DNA of 64,000 nt, taken from Candidatus Latescibacterota bacterium (GTDB taxonomy: Bacteria > Latescibacterota > UBA2968 > UBA8231). Positions 47,126 to 57,418 of the stretch are shown in pieces; position 1 is the first letter of the stretch; every line of letters starts with the position of its first letter. The notes under the pieces were generated by a model, which searched no databases, was not told the origin of the DNA, and was given only the letters and a program-made list of their open reading frames with translations. A program made the translations under genes and the position numbers. The stretch spans positions 3,936,001 to 4,000,000 of the forward strand of contig OZ242005.1 of the NCBI GenBank assembly GCA_965204725.1, read 5' to 3'.

Positions 47126-47776
47126 TTAGAGCGGCTCGTCCTCCCCATCCATCAGCCCTTCTCGGATCGCGTACGCTGTCAACGCGGTCGCACTGTGCAA
47201 GTCGAGCTTATCCATTATGTGCTGGCGATGAGTGCTGATGGTCTTTTCACTCACGTGGAGTGCCTCGGCTATTTGCGCGGTTGTCTTTCCTTCGGCGACG
47301 CATCGCAGCACTATGCGCTCGCGTGCCGTCAGGGGAGAAGGTTTGCTGGGGATAGTAGCGTTATGCGCGTGACTGGGGACGATGGGGTTGGTCAAGTGCG
47401 AACTCACGTACTCGCGGCCGGCTTGGACCTCCCAGAGTGCTTCTACCAACTCGTTGATGAAATTCGTTTTCAGCAGGTACGCCGAGCCGCCTGCCTCGAA
47501 TAGGCCATCTACAAAACGCTTGTCCGCGTGTTCCGACAGCACGACGAACTTAATATGCGGATACGTGGCCCGTATCTGGCGCGTCACCTCGATGCCGCTC
47601 AGGTCGGGTAGTCCTATGTCCACGATCACAATGTCGGGTTGATAGGCGGTGATCAAGTCAATGGCCGTGCGACCATCGGCGGCCTCGCCGATTACCTCAA
47701 TCCCGCTTTCTCGTTCGAGATGCGCGTACATTACTTGGCGCACCATAATATGGTCTTCCACTAGAAAAATCTTCAT
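47126..47776 (-). CDS. NarL/FixJ-family response regulator
   Basis: VEDH, IVDIGLP, YLLK, LTARE...GKTT.QIA..L.VSEKTISTHR. Confidence 0.95.
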   Translation of the reverse strand: MKIFLVEDHIMVRQVMYAHLERESGIEVIGEAADGRTAIDLITAYQPDIVIVDIGLPDLSGIEVTRQIRATYPHIKFVVLSEHADKRFVDGLFEAGGSAYLLKTNFINELVEALWEVQAGREYVSSHLTNPIVPSHAHNATIPSKPSPLTARERIVLRCVAEGKTTAQIAEALHVSEKTISTHRQHIMDKLDLHSATALTAYAIREGLMDGEDEPL

Positions 47777-48846
47777 GAGGAATGGCCCTCCTCTTCAGCC
47801 AAGGTGCTCGGAAGCGTTATCAGACAGCGCGTACCTTTTCCGAGCGTCGATTCGATCGTCAAATGACCACCGATATGGAGCAGATGCTCTTGAATACTGA
47901 ACAGACCGAAGTGATTGCCTTGGATCATCTGGTCCAGATGCGCGACATTAAAGCCCGCGCCCGCGTCTTCTACCACCACCTGTAATTGGTCTCCGTCTCG
48001 ACGCAGGGAAACGGTGGCTTGGTCTGTGTTGGCGTGCCGAGCGACATTGACCAGCAACTCGCGAATGGACCTGTACACTAAGCCGCGTATGTCGTGGCTG
48101 TGTATCTCCCATTTATCCTCGGCTTCCACGCGCACGGTCAACCCGTCCTGGGAATGGACGAGGTCGCCAAGAGCCTCTAGGCCTGGTACGAACCCTATGC
48201 CGTAGAGCACGGGTGAACTGCTATCGAATGTCATGTCCCGGATGATGTGAGCCATCTCGTCAGTTTTTTTCTCCAATGCATCAATCAAGGCTTCGCGCTC
48301 TGTGTCGTCGGCCTGCCGCAGTGCAGCGATATTGACCTTCGACAGTACCAGCATCTGCCCGATTGAATCGTGGAGAGCACTCCCAAGGCTCACCCGCTCG
48401 TGCTCCCTGTCGATTAAGAGCTTGGCCGCCAGCGTCTGCAACTTCTGGATATGTCTCTCCATGCGCCTGTGCTGGCTGATTTTGCGAATAACGCCTTGAT
48501 AGTATATGGGGGTCCCGTCCGCGGCTCGCCAAATCGAGGCCGTTATTAGCGAATCGAAGTGGTGCCCGGTGCGGGTTCTAAACGTCGCGGTAAAGTCGCG
48601 CACGAACTCTTCCCGTTCAATCTCTTCCCGAAACCGCTCGTACTCGTCTAGACTCGCGCAGAGGCTGCGAATGTTCGAGCCGAGCAAGTCGGCGCGTTCG
48701 TAGGCAAACAGGACGTTGGCGGCCTTGTTGGCATCGACGATGGTCCCGTCCTGCTCGGCAATGACGAGAGCGTCGGGCGACGCTTCAAATAAGCCGCGAT
48801 AGAGGGCTGGGTCGCGTCTCAATTTCTTCAGCTTAGGCTTGCACAT
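47773..48846 (-). CDS. Cytoplasmic PAS-HisKA_3 sensor kinase
   Basis: PAS (FEASPDA...DANKAA), ALHDSIGQ, ELLVNVARHA, DAGAGF, HFGL; no TM; ATG 48846. Confidence 0.9.
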   Translation of the reverse strand: MCKPKLKKLRRDPALYRGLFEASPDALVIAEQDGTIVDANKAANVLFAYERADLLGSNIRSLCASLDEYERFREEIEREEFVRDFTATFRTRTGHHFDSLITASIWRAADGTPIYYQGVIRKISQHRRMERHIQKLQTLAAKLLIDREHERVSLGSALHDSIGQMLVLSKVNIAALRQADDTEREALIDALEKKTDEMAHIIRDMTFDSSSPVLYGIGFVPGLEALGDLVHSQDGLTVRVEAEDKWEIHSHDIRGLVYRSIRELLVNVARHANTDQATVSLRRDGDQLQVVVEDAGAGFNVAHLDQMIQGNHFGLFSIQEHLLHIGGHLTIESTLGKGTRCLITLPSTLAEEEGHSS

Positions 48847-48904
48847 GGATCCACCTTTTATGAGTTCGGGTATCCTGCTGCTAGTCCCGCTAGCCGATTC
48901 AAAA

Positions 48905-49531
48905 CTATGTCGGTTCTTCTCCATCCGCCAACTTTTGCCCCGCGCCCCGCGCCGCCCCATAGCTTTCCCGCGTATCCACATCCACGAAAATACCCTCGTC
49001 CTCAACGGGCACTTCCACAATATGGGCTGCGTTTTTTGCTAAGACCGGCCGCGCCCCCCGGTCGCCCGTCAACGCGAGCAAGGCGTCTCGATAGGCCCGG
49101 CCGATGGCCACGGGATGGCCGCGTCGTCCAGCGCACACCGGCACGGCGATAGCGCGTCTGCTTTTTAACGCCCCAGCGACCTTTTCCATCGTTCCCCCAG
49201 CGACCTGCGGCATATCCCCCAGCGCAAACAAATACCCTTTCTCGCCGCCGGTCGCTTCCACGCCCACCCTGATAGAGGCGGCCATCCCCTCGGCAAAATT
49301 TGGATTGTGTACCAGCCGCACGGGATAGCGGCTCAACGTTTCCTCTACCGCTGCCCGCTGATGCCCGGTCACCACAACGACCTCCCCCAAACCCACCGCG
49401 CAGATTCGCTCCACCACGACTTGGAGGACGCATCGGCCCTCCCAAGGCAGCAGCAACTTATTGGCCCCCTCCATCCGTGCGGAACGCCCGGCCGCCAGTA
49501 CGATCCCGCTAAGGTCTGCGAATCCGGTCAT
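48905..49531 (-). CDS. mocA: Molybdenum cofactor cytidylyltransferase-like protein
   Basis: LAAGRSARM..NKLLL, GMAASI, LGDMP, RGHPV, GDRGAR, DVDT; next to cox genes. Confidence 0.85.
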   Translation of the reverse strand: MTGFADLSGIVLAAGRSARMEGANKLLLPWEGRCVLQVVVERICAVGLGEVVVVTGHQRAAVEETLSRYPVRLVHNPNFAEGMAASIRVGVEATGGEKGYLFALGDMPQVAGGTMEKVAGALKSRRAIAVPVCAGRRGHPVAIGRAYRDALLALTGDRGARPVLAKNAAHIVEVPVEDEGIFVDVDTRESYGAARGAGQKLADGEEPT

Positions 49532-49632
49532 CCCAAGTTGGCCCGGTCGGCTGTTTAATTGACAAGGATAGACAAAATTTTTTAATATCCATCGCGTCAT
49601 CCGCTTCTGGCCCTCAACCACAGCATCAGCCC

Positions 49633-50067
49633 ATGCAGTTTGCAGGCTCTCATACCTTTAGTGCCCCGCGGCAAATCCTGTGGGACTTGCTCAACGACCC
49701 CGAGGTCTTGGCGCGCATCACGCCGGGCGTCGATACCTTGGAGCAGACCGGCCCCAGCCAGTACCGAGCCGTGCTGCACATCAAAATGGGGCCGATCAAC
49801 AGTGCCTTCAACGGCGCGCTACAAGTCGTCGATAGCAAGGAGCCAGAAAGCTATCGTCTGCTCATTGATGTCGATGGCAAGATCGGCCAGATCAGGGCCG
49901 AGGGCCGCGTCCGGCTGGCCGACCAAGGGCGCGAGACCACGGTGGCTGTCGAGGGCGGCTCCCAGTTGACGGGCCGATTGGCGAGCATGGGCCAGCGCCT
50001 GCTCTCGGGCGTGGCGCGGATGTTTACCAACCAGTTTTTCAAGGCGCTGGAGCGCGAGATACCTTAA
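49633..50067 (+). CDS. coxG: CoxG (SRPBCC) protein
   Basis: WDLLNDPEVL...PG, GRLASMGQRLL...QFF. Confidence 0.88.
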   Translation: MQFAGSHTFSAPRQILWDLLNDPEVLARITPGVDTLEQTGPSQYRAVLHIKMGPINSAFNGALQVVDSKEPESYRLLIDVDGKIGQIRAEGRVRLADQGRETTVAVEGGSQLTGRLASMGQRLLSGVARMFTNQFFKALEREIP

Positions 50068-50089
50068 TCCGATTCGATAGGAGGCGACT

Positions 50090-50554
50090 ATGGCAGTAGC
50101 GATCAAGGTCACTGTCAATGGCCAGACCCACGAGCACGAGGTGGAGCCGCGCCTTATGCTCGTCAGCTATTTGCGCGAGGAGTTGGGCCTGACGGGCACC
50201 CACGTCGGCTGCGACACCAGCAACTGCGGTGCCTGTACCGCCATCGTCGATGGCCAAGCCGTCAAGGTCTGCACCATGCTCGCGGCGCAAGCCGACGGCA
50301 CGGAAATAACGACCATCGAAGAGCTTGCGGTCAACGGCGCGCTGCATCCGTTACAGGAAGCCTTCCGCGAGACCCACGGCTTGCAGTGCGGCTTTTGTAC
50401 GCCCGGCATGATTATGGCCGCTTGGCAGTTGCTAGACCGCAATGCAACGCCTAGCGACGCGGAAATCCGCCACGCGCTCGAAGGCAACTTTTGCCGCTGC
50501 ACGGGCTACGACAACATCATTAAGGCGGTCAAACGCGCCGCCGAGAGCGTCTAG
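50090..50554 (+). CDS. coxS: Mo-hydroxylase 2Fe-2S subunit
   Basis: GCDTSNCGACT, QCGFCTPG, NFCRCTGY. Confidence 0.92.
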   Translation: MAVAIKVTVNGQTHEHEVEPRLMLVSYLREELGLTGTHVGCDTSNCGACTAIVDGQAVKVCTMLAAQADGTEITTIEELAVNGALHPLQEAFRETHGLQCGFCTPGMIMAAWQLLDRNATPSDAEIRHALEGNFCRCTGYDNIIKAVKRAAESV

Positions 50555-50563
50555 GAGGCCGCT

Positions 50564-52936
50564 ATGGGAGTCATAGGACAATCCGTCAAGCGCGTCGAAG
50601 ACCAGCGCTTTATCACCGGCAAGGGCCGCTACACCGATGACATTGCCCTGCCCAACTCGACCTTTGCGGCCATTGTGCGCAGCCCGCATGCCCACGCCGC
50701 GATTAAGGGCGTTGACACGACGGCCGCAGCCGCAGCCGCGGGCGTGGTCGCCATCTTTACGGGGGCCGACCTCGAAGCCGCGGGCGTCGGCGGCCTGCCC
50801 TGCGGCTGGCAGGTGGATTTCAAAAGCGGCGACACCATGAAGGAGCCGGCCCATCCGGTGCTGGCCGTGGCCAAGGTGCGCCACGTTGGCGACCCGGTTG
50901 CCATCGTCCTTGCCGAGAGCCGCGAGCAAGCGGCGGATGCCGCCGAGTTGGTGGCCGTGGAATACGAGGTCTTGGACGCGGTCGTCGCGGCGACTCAAGC
51001 AATAGCCGAGGGTGCGCCGCAGTTGTTCGACGATGTGCCCAACAACACGCCCTTCGACTGGGAGCTCGGCGATCGAGCGGCCACGGATGCGGCCTTAGCC
51101 CGTGCCGCGCACGTCACCACTTTGGAGTTCGACAACCAACGGCTCATTCCCAACGCGATTGAGCCGCGCTGCGCCCTTGGCGATTACGACGCCGCGCGCG
51201 ATCACTACACGCTCTACACCTCGTCGCAGAACCCCCATGTCATTCGCCTGCTGCTGACGGCGTTTGTCCTGAATCTGCCCGAGCACAAGGTGCGCGTGGT
51301 GTCGCCGGATGTGGGCGGTGGCTTTGGCTCCAAAATTTTTCACTATGCCGAAGAAGTCCTCGTCACGTGGTGTTCCCGCCAGATTGGTCGCCCGGTCAAG
51401 TGGACTTCCAGCCGCAGTGAGGCGTTCCTCACTGACGCCCACGGTCGTGATCACCACACCAAGGTCGAGCTCGGGCTCGACGCCGACGGCCACTTCGTCG
51501 GCCTGCGAGTCAAAACCGTCGCCAATCTCGGCGCGTACCTATCGACCTTTGCGCCCTGCGTACCCACGTATCTCTACGGCACACTCTTGCAGGGCCTGTA
51601 CACGACCCCGGCGGTTCACGTCGATGTCACGGGTGTTTTCACCAACACCACCCCGGTTGATGCGCTGCGCGGCGCGGGCCGTCCCGAGGCCACGTACGTC
51701 CTCGAGCGCACTGTCGAGCAGGCCGCCTTGGAGACGGGCCGCGACCCAGCCCAACTGCGGCGCAAAAACTTCATCCCACCCTTTGACGGCGTCGTGCAGG
51801 AAGGCTATCAGACCCAAGTGGCCCTGCAATACGACAGCGGCAACTACGAGCCCGCGCTCGAAAAAGCACTCGCGGCCGTGGGCTACGACGAACTGCGCGA
51901 AGAGCAGGCGGCGGCGCGCGCCGCCGGCAATGGCCGCTACCTCGGCATTGGCTTTTCGACCTATATCGAAGCCTGCGGCATCGCGCCCTCGGCCGTGGTC
52001 GGTGCCTTGGGTGCGCGCGCCGGCCTCTTTGAGAGCGCGGGCGTCCGCGTCCAGCCCACCGGCAAAGTCACCGTCTTCACCGGCAGCCACTCGCACGGGC
52101 AGGGCCACGAGACGACCTTCGCCCAAGTGGTAGCGGATGGGTTGGGCGTGGCGATCGCAGACGTGGACATCATTCACGGCGACACCGAGTCTGTGCCCTT
52201 TGGCATGGGCACTTACGGCTCGCGCTCGCTGGCCGTAGGCGGCACGGCCATCGTCAAGAGCATGGACAAGATCAAGGAGAAGGGGGCCAAGATCGCGGCC
52301 CACTTGCTCGAAGCCGCCGAAGAGGACCTCGAATTCGCCGAAGGGCGCTGGGCGGTCAAGGGCACCGACCAGTCGATTTCCTTCGCAGAGGTCGCGCTGG
52401 CCGCCTATGTGCCGCACAATTTTCCCGAAGGGCTGGAGCCGGGGCTGGAGTTTACCAGCTTCTACGACCCGGCCAATTTTACCTTTCCCTTTGGTGCTCA
52501 CATAGCCGTAGTGGAAGTGGATGCCGAAACGGGCGTGGTCGCGGTAAAGCGCTACGTCGCCGTTGACGACGTGGGCAATATCGTCAATCCCATGATCGTC
52601 GAGGGCCAAGTTCACGGCGGCATTACGCATGGCATTGGCCAAGCCCTATTTGAGGAGGCCGTGTACGACGACAGCGGCCAGCTCATTTCCGGCTCTTATA
52701 TGGACTACGTCCTGCCGCGCGCCGACGACCTGCCTTCCTTTGAAACCGATCACACTGTCACGCCCTGCCCACACAATCCCCTCGGCGTCAAGGGTGCTGG
52801 CGAGACCGGCACGATTGGCTCGCCGCCGGCCATTGTCAACGCCGTGCTCGACGCCCTGTGGCCTTTGGGCGTGCGCGACCTAGCGATGCCGCTGACGCCG
52901 CAGAAGGTGTGGCAGGCCATCCAGCAAGTTAGTTAA
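50564..52936 (+). CDS. coxL: Mo-hydroxylase large subunit (form II CoxL-like)
   Basis: [37 protein letters not shown]. Confidence 0.88.
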   Translation: MGVIGQSVKRVEDQRFITGKGRYTDDIALPNSTFAAIVRSPHAHAAIKGVDTTAAAAAAGVVAIFTGADLEAAGVGGLPCGWQVDFKSGDTMKEPAHPVLAVAKVRHVGDPVAIVLAESREQAADAAELVAVEYEVLDAVVAATQAIAEGAPQLFDDVPNNTPFDWELGDRAATDAALARAAHVTTLEFDNQRLIPNAIEPRCALGDYDAARDHYTLYTSSQNPHVIRLLLTAFVLNLPEHKVRVVSPDVGGGFGSKIFHYAEEVLVTWCSRQIGRPVKWTSSRSEAFLTDAHGRDHHTKVELGLDADGHFVGLRVKTVANLGAYLSTFAPCVPTYLYGTLLQGLYTTPAVHVDVTGVFTNTTPVDALRGAGRPEATYVLERTVEQAALETGRDPAQLRRKNFIPPFDGVVQEGYQTQVALQYDSGNYEPALEKALAAVGYDELREEQAAARAAGNGRYLGIGFSTYIEACGIAPSAVVGALGARAGLFESAGVRVQPTGKVTVFTGSHSHGQGHETTFAQVVADGLGVAIADVDIIHGDTESVPFGMGTYGSRSLAVGGTAIVKSMDKIKEKGAKIAAHLLEAAEEDLEFAEGRWAVKGTDQSISFAEVALAAYVPHNFPEGLEPGLEFTSFYDPANFTFPFGAHIAVVEVDAETGVVAVKRYVAVDDVGNIVNPMIVEGQVHGGITHGIGQALFEEAVYDDSGQLISGSYMDYVLPRADDLPSFETDHTVTPCPHNPLGVKGAGETGTIGSPPAIVNAVLDALWPLGVRDLAMPLTPQKVWQAIQQVS

Positions 52937-52949
52937 GGAGAAGCCGACC

Positions 52950-53765
52950 ATGATACCTGTCGCGTTTGACTATCATCGTCCCTCTTCAGTAGATGAGGCG
53001 ATTCAGCTCCTCGCGGACGACGCCAAGCTCTTGGCGGGCGGCCACAGCCTGTTACCGGCCATGAAGCTCCGCCTGTCGGCCCCGGGTGCGCTAATCGACA
53101 TTGGGCGGCTCGCGGAGTGCAACTACATCCGCGAGGAGGGCGACGCCGTAGCCATCGGCGCGGTCACCACCCATCACCAGATTGCGACCTCGCCCCTGAC
53201 CAACGCTCGCGTCGCCGCACTGGCCCAAGCGGCCGCGGTCATCGGCGATCCCCAAGTACGCAATAAGGGGACCATTGGCGGCTCTTTGGCGCACGCCGAC
53301 CCGGCCGCCGACTACCCGGCTGCGATCTTGGCACTGGGTGCTGAGATCAAGGTCAAGAGCGAGGAGGGCGAGCGCGTGATTCCCGCGGACGAGTTCTTTA
53401 TCGACTTGTTTTTGACCGCACTCGCGCCGGACGAAATCATCACCGAGGTGCGAGTCCCGGCCGCGGAAAGGTCAGCGTACTGCAAGTTTCCGCATCCGGC
53501 CTCGCGCTTTGCCGTCGTCGGCTGCGCCGCAGCTTCGGCCAGAGGCGCGGTTCAGGTGGCCTTTACAGGCGTGGCCAATGCGGCCTTCCGCGATACCGGG
53601 GTTGAAGCGGCCCTCAGCGGCGGCTTGAGTGAGGAGGCGATCGCCGCGGCCGCGGCTCGGGCGGCCGACGGGCAAGACGTGCTCTCCGACCACTTTGCCG
53701 GCGAAGAGTACCGCCGCCACTTGGCTAAAGTTTTCGCCCGCAAGGCGCTGGCGACCATCGCTTGA
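52950..53765 (+). CDS. coxM: Mo-hydroxylase FAD subunit
   Basis: LAGGHSLLPAMKLR, QVRNKGTIGGSLAHADPAAD. Confidence 0.92.
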   Translation: MIPVAFDYHRPSSVDEAIQLLADDAKLLAGGHSLLPAMKLRLSAPGALIDIGRLAECNYIREEGDAVAIGAVTTHHQIATSPLTNARVAALAQAAAVIGDPQVRNKGTIGGSLAHADPAADYPAAILALGAEIKVKSEEGERVIPADEFFIDLFLTALAPDEIITEVRVPAAERSAYCKFPHPASRFAVVGCAAASARGAVQVAFTGVANAAFRDTGVEAALSGGLSEEAIAAAAARAADGQDVLSDHFAGEEYRRHLAKVFARKALATIA

Positions 53766-53786
53766 GTACCAATCGCGCCTAACAGG

Positions 53787-53826
53787 ATAGCCCCCGATGC
53801 CGGTTGAGCGTCGGGGGCTATTTTTA
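53787..53826 (+). terminator. Intrinsic terminator of the cox operon
   Basis: ATAGCCCCCGATGC-loop-GCGTCGGGGGCTAT followed by a T tract. Confidence 0.85.
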
Positions 53827-54032
53827 TTGAGTCAGCTATGTCGTCCCGGTCAGCAGGTGTTGATCTTTTAGGATGGGACATCCTATCATTTTTCTTAAAG
53901 TTACAGCAATATACAACATCTCTTAAATGATTTAGGATTGCTATATCACAACAAGGCGATTTCTTTACACGGGTTGACCCGGTAGCCTATCTTGTCGGCT
54001 GTAAAGCCCTATTCGGGATATGGAGCAAGACC

Positions 54033-55598
54033 ATGCTAAAGGTGAAACCCGATTCGTCACAGCCAGCCAAGCGCAAACTGCCCATCGGCATTCAGACCTT
54101 CCGCGAGATTCGCGAGGACAACTGCTACTACGTCGATAAGACCGCGTACATAGCGCGGCTGGTCACCGAGGGCAAGCACTACTTCCTGTCGCGTCCCCGC
54201 CGGTTTGGCAAGAGCCTGTTTCTCGATACGCTGAAGGAGGTGTTCGAGGGCAACGAGCCGCTGTTTAAGGGGCTGGCCATTTACGACCAGTGGGATTGGT
54301 CGGTGCGCCACCCCGTGCTGCGACTGAGCTTTGGCAGCGGCAACTTCAAGGAGCCGGGCAATCTGCACAAGGAGGCGATGGCCCAATTGGGCACCATAGA
54401 GAAAGTTGACGGCTGCGACACCGCACCGGCTTACTTTCGGCATTTGCTTCGGACGCTGCACCAACGGACCGGCCAGCCGGTGGCGGTGCTGATTGACGAG
54501 TACGACAAGCCCATTCTAGACGCGCTGGAGGAACCAGAAGTCGCTCGCGCCAACCGCGACTATTTGCGCAGCTTGTACGCAACGATCAAGGACAGCGACG
54601 CACACATCGCTTTTACCTTCCTCACCGGCGTGAGCAAGTTTTCCAAGGTCAGCTTGTTCTCCGGCCTCAACAACCTCATCGACATCACCCTAAACCCGCA
54701 CTACTCCGCCATCTGCGGCTACACCGAGGCGGACTTAGACGCGGTGTTCGCCCCGGAGTTGCCCGGCTTGAACCGAGATGAAATACGCACGTGGTACAAC
54801 GGCTACAACTGGTTGGGCGAGGAAGCTGTGTACAACCCCTTTGACGTGTTGCTGCTGTTCTACAACCGTCGATTCGGGGCCTACTGGTTTGAGACGGGTA
54901 CGCCGACGTTTCTGCTTGAGATGTTGTTGGAGCGCGGGATCAGTGCTCTAACCTTAGACGACATGCTCGGCAGCGAGGAGTTGCTGTCGGCGTTTGACGT
55001 GGACCACATTGCGACCGAGGCACTGCTGTTCCAGACCGGCTACCTGACCATTCGCCGCAGTGAGTTGCGCGGCGGGGAGATGTTCTATCGGCTGGGCTAT
55101 CCCAACCGGGAGGTGCAGCAGAGCCTGAACAAGAGCTTGCTGAGTCACCTGACGGGCAACCCATCGCGCCAAGTTGAGCACAGTGCTCGGCTGTACGATC
55201 TGCTGTTGGTCAACGATTTCGATGGCTTGAAAAAGCTGTTCGAGGCGTTCTTTGCCAGCATTCCCTACCAATGGCATACGAATAATGAGATTGCCAACTA
55301 CGAAGGCTATTACGCCAGCGTGTTCTACTCATACTTCGCGTCGCTGGGGCTGGCGATCACCGTGGAGGACAGCAGCCGGGAGGGTCGCCTCGACATGGCG
55401 GTTGAGTTCAATGGGAACGTGTACCTGTTCGAGTTCAAGGTGGTGGAACGGGCGTCATCGGGGGCGGCGATCAAGCAATTGAAGGAGCGGGACTACGCGG
55501 CCAAGTATCGCGGGCGAGGCGAGGCGATTTTCCTGATTGGGGTGGAGTTCAGTCGGGAGACCCGCACTTTAGCGGCTTTCGAGGTGGAGAGTACGTGA
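54033..55598 (+). CDS. AAA-ATPase-like / PD-(D/E)XK nuclease protein (DUF1703-like)
   Basis: LPIGIQTF, YYVDKT, SRPRRFGKS, IDEYDKP, GRLDM...FEFK. Confidence 0.9.
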   Translation: MLKVKPDSSQPAKRKLPIGIQTFREIREDNCYYVDKTAYIARLVTEGKHYFLSRPRRFGKSLFLDTLKEVFEGNEPLFKGLAIYDQWDWSVRHPVLRLSFGSGNFKEPGNLHKEAMAQLGTIEKVDGCDTAPAYFRHLLRTLHQRTGQPVAVLIDEYDKPILDALEEPEVARANRDYLRSLYATIKDSDAHIAFTFLTGVSKFSKVSLFSGLNNLIDITLNPHYSAICGYTEADLDAVFAPELPGLNRDEIRTWYNGYNWLGEEAVYNPFDVLLLFYNRRFGAYWFETGTPTFLLEMLLERGISALTLDDMLGSEELLSAFDVDHIATEALLFQTGYLTIRRSELRGGEMFYRLGYPNREVQQSLNKSLLSHLTGNPSRQVEHSARLYDLLLVNDFDGLKKLFEAFFASIPYQWHTNNEIANYEGYYASVFYSYFASLGLAITVEDSSREGRLDMAVEFNGNVYLFEFKVVERASSGAAIKQLKERDYAAKYRGRGEAIFLIGVEFSRETRTLAAFEVEST

Positions 55599-55655
55599 AT
55601 GTTGCCTCATAGCACCTGTTGCGCTGCCACCGCCGAGCACTTAGCGTAGCCCGTT

Positions 55656-56669
55656 ATGTCCAGCACATCGGCCATCCAGACCACGACCGTCGGCTCCTAT
55701 CCCGTCCCGGACTGGCTCCAAGCCCTGCCCTCCGAGCAGGCCCTCGTCGATGCCACCCGCGTAGTGTTCGACACCCAGCGCCAAGCCGGCATTGACCTGC
55801 CCACCGACGGCGAGCTATACCGCTTCGACATCAACCACCCAGACACCAACGGCATGATCGAGTACTTCGTCCGGCCCATGGGCGGCACCCGCGCGGAATT
55901 TGGCCGCCGTGAGGCCGAGGAGTTCGCCGCCAAACAAAGCATGGGTTTCCGGGCCAAGCCCGCGGCCGTAGTAGAGGCCGAACTCAGCGCGGGCGGCCTC
56001 AACCTGCTTGCCGACTGTGCCCGCGCCGCAGCCGTGGCCGGCGGCCCCTTCAAGTTCACCCTGACTAGCCCCTACATGCTAGCTCGCACCCTCCTCGATC
56101 GCCACTACGGCGACTTTGCCGCGCTCTTGATGGCCGTTGCCCATGTCCTCGCCGATCAGGTCCGCGGCCTGCCCTGCGCCTGCGTCCAAATCGACGAGGC
56201 CAACATCCCCGGCAACCCAGCCGATGGCCCGCTCGCGGCCCGCGCCATCAACGCCGTACTCGACAGCATCAACGCGAGCACCCAAAAGGCGGTCCACTTC
56301 TGCTTTGGCAACTACGGCGGCCAGACCATCCAGCAGGGCGAGTGGCGCACTCTGCTCGACTTTCTCAACGAACTGCGCGCCGATCACTTGGTGCTCGAGC
56401 TCGCCCATCGCCCGGCGAGCGACCTGAACGCCCTGCAACACGTCAACCCGCGCCTCGGCCTCGGCCTCGGCGTGATCGACATCAAGGTCAACCACATCGA
56501 AACGGCCGAAGAGATCGCCCGCCGCATAGAAGCCGCGGTCGCCGCGGTCGGACCCGACCGCATTCGCTTCATCCACCCAGACTGCGGCTTTTGGATGCTC
56601 AAACGCTCCATCGCCGACCGCAAAATCGCAGCACTGGCCCAAGGGCGCGATCTGTACTTGGGGCTTTAA
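55656..56669 (+). CDS. Cobalamin-independent methionine synthase II family protein (catalytic domain only)
   Basis: TTVGSYP, TDGE, QIDEA, HFCFGN, PDCG. Confidence 0.85.
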   Translation: MSSTSAIQTTTVGSYPVPDWLQALPSEQALVDATRVVFDTQRQAGIDLPTDGELYRFDINHPDTNGMIEYFVRPMGGTRAEFGRREAEEFAAKQSMGFRAKPAAVVEAELSAGGLNLLADCARAAAVAGGPFKFTLTSPYMLARTLLDRHYGDFAALLMAVAHVLADQVRGLPCACVQIDEANIPGNPADGPLAARAINAVLDSINASTQKAVHFCFGNYGGQTIQQGEWRTLLDFLNELRADHLVLELAHRPASDLNALQHVNPRLGLGLGVIDIKVNHIETAEEIARRIEAAVAAVGPDRIRFIHPDCGFWMLKRSIADRKIAALAQGRDLYLGL

Positions 56670-56676
56670 GTAGGAG

Positions 56677-57411
56677 TTAAGGACCGGTGGGGCGCATGAT
56701 GCTGAGAATCTGGCCGGTCATGCCGCTGGCCGGGGGTTGCGCGGCGAGGAAGAGCGCCGTGGCAACGACCTGTTCTGGCTCCTTCCACGGGTCGCTTGCG
56801 GCGCGAAAGCTGCTGGCTTCTTGCCAAGCTGGTTTTGACAGCTCCGTCCTGACCGGGCCGGGTATGAAAACGTTGGCGATAATGCCCTCGCTCCACACTT
56901 CTTCTGCAATAGCTTGAGTCAATCCGTGCAAGGCCGCTTTGGACGCACAATAGACGCTGATATCCGCGTGGCCGACTTGGCCCATGCCAGAGCCGACGTT
57001 GATGATGTTCCCGCAGCCCTGCCGCCGCATAATGGGCAATACCGCACGGCAACAGCGCACGACACCCATGACGTTAATTTGCCACGCCTGCTCCCACTGT
57101 TCATCGGTCGCGTCCAAAAACAGCCCGCGCGGATTGACGCCGGCGTTGTTGACGAGAATATCGATCCGGCCGAATCGCTCTACTGTTTTCTGTACGAGGC
57201 GTTCCACCTCGGCGCGCACCCGCAAATCGGTCGGCACCGCAAGGGACTCGCCGCCCTGCGCGGCAATAGCGGCTTCTACTTCGTCGAGCTGAGCCGCGCT
57301 GCGCGCCGCAATGGCGACCTGTGCGCCCTCGGCAGCATAGCCCATGGCGATAGCGCGGCCAATGCCGCGACCCCCGCCTGTGACGAGGGCGACTTTGTCT
57401 TTGAGTTGCAT
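56677..57411 (-). CDS. SDR oxidoreductase
   Basis: TGGGRGIG, NNAG, YCASK. Confidence 0.92.
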   Translation of the reverse strand: MQLKDKVALVTGGGRGIGRAIAMGYAAEGAQVAIAARSAAQLDEVEAAIAAQGGESLAVPTDLRVRAEVERLVQKTVERFGRIDILVNNAGVNPRGLFLDATDEQWEQAWQINVMGVVRCCRAVLPIMRRQGCGNIINVGSGMGQVGHADISVYCASKAALHGLTQAIAEEVWSEGIIANVFIPGPVRTELSKPAWQEASSFRAASDPWKEPEQVVATALFLAAQPPASGMTGQILSIMRPTGP

Positions 57412-57418
57412 GGTTGCG

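Larger units (their letters stand above)
27300..49003. mobile_element. ~21.6-kb genomic island inserted in the mocA 3' end (no integrase seen)
   Basis: Direct repeat 27300-27354 vs 48949-49003, 45/55 identical and ungapped, ending in identical CCCTCGTCCTC; visibly lower GC in parts of the interior. Confidence 0.8.

Noticed and set aside
51539-52642. Long antisense or alternate-frame ORFs (also 2592-3497, 25540-27189, 60525-61412, 62395-63324)
   Set aside because: They are shadows of GC-rich coding genes and show no motifs.
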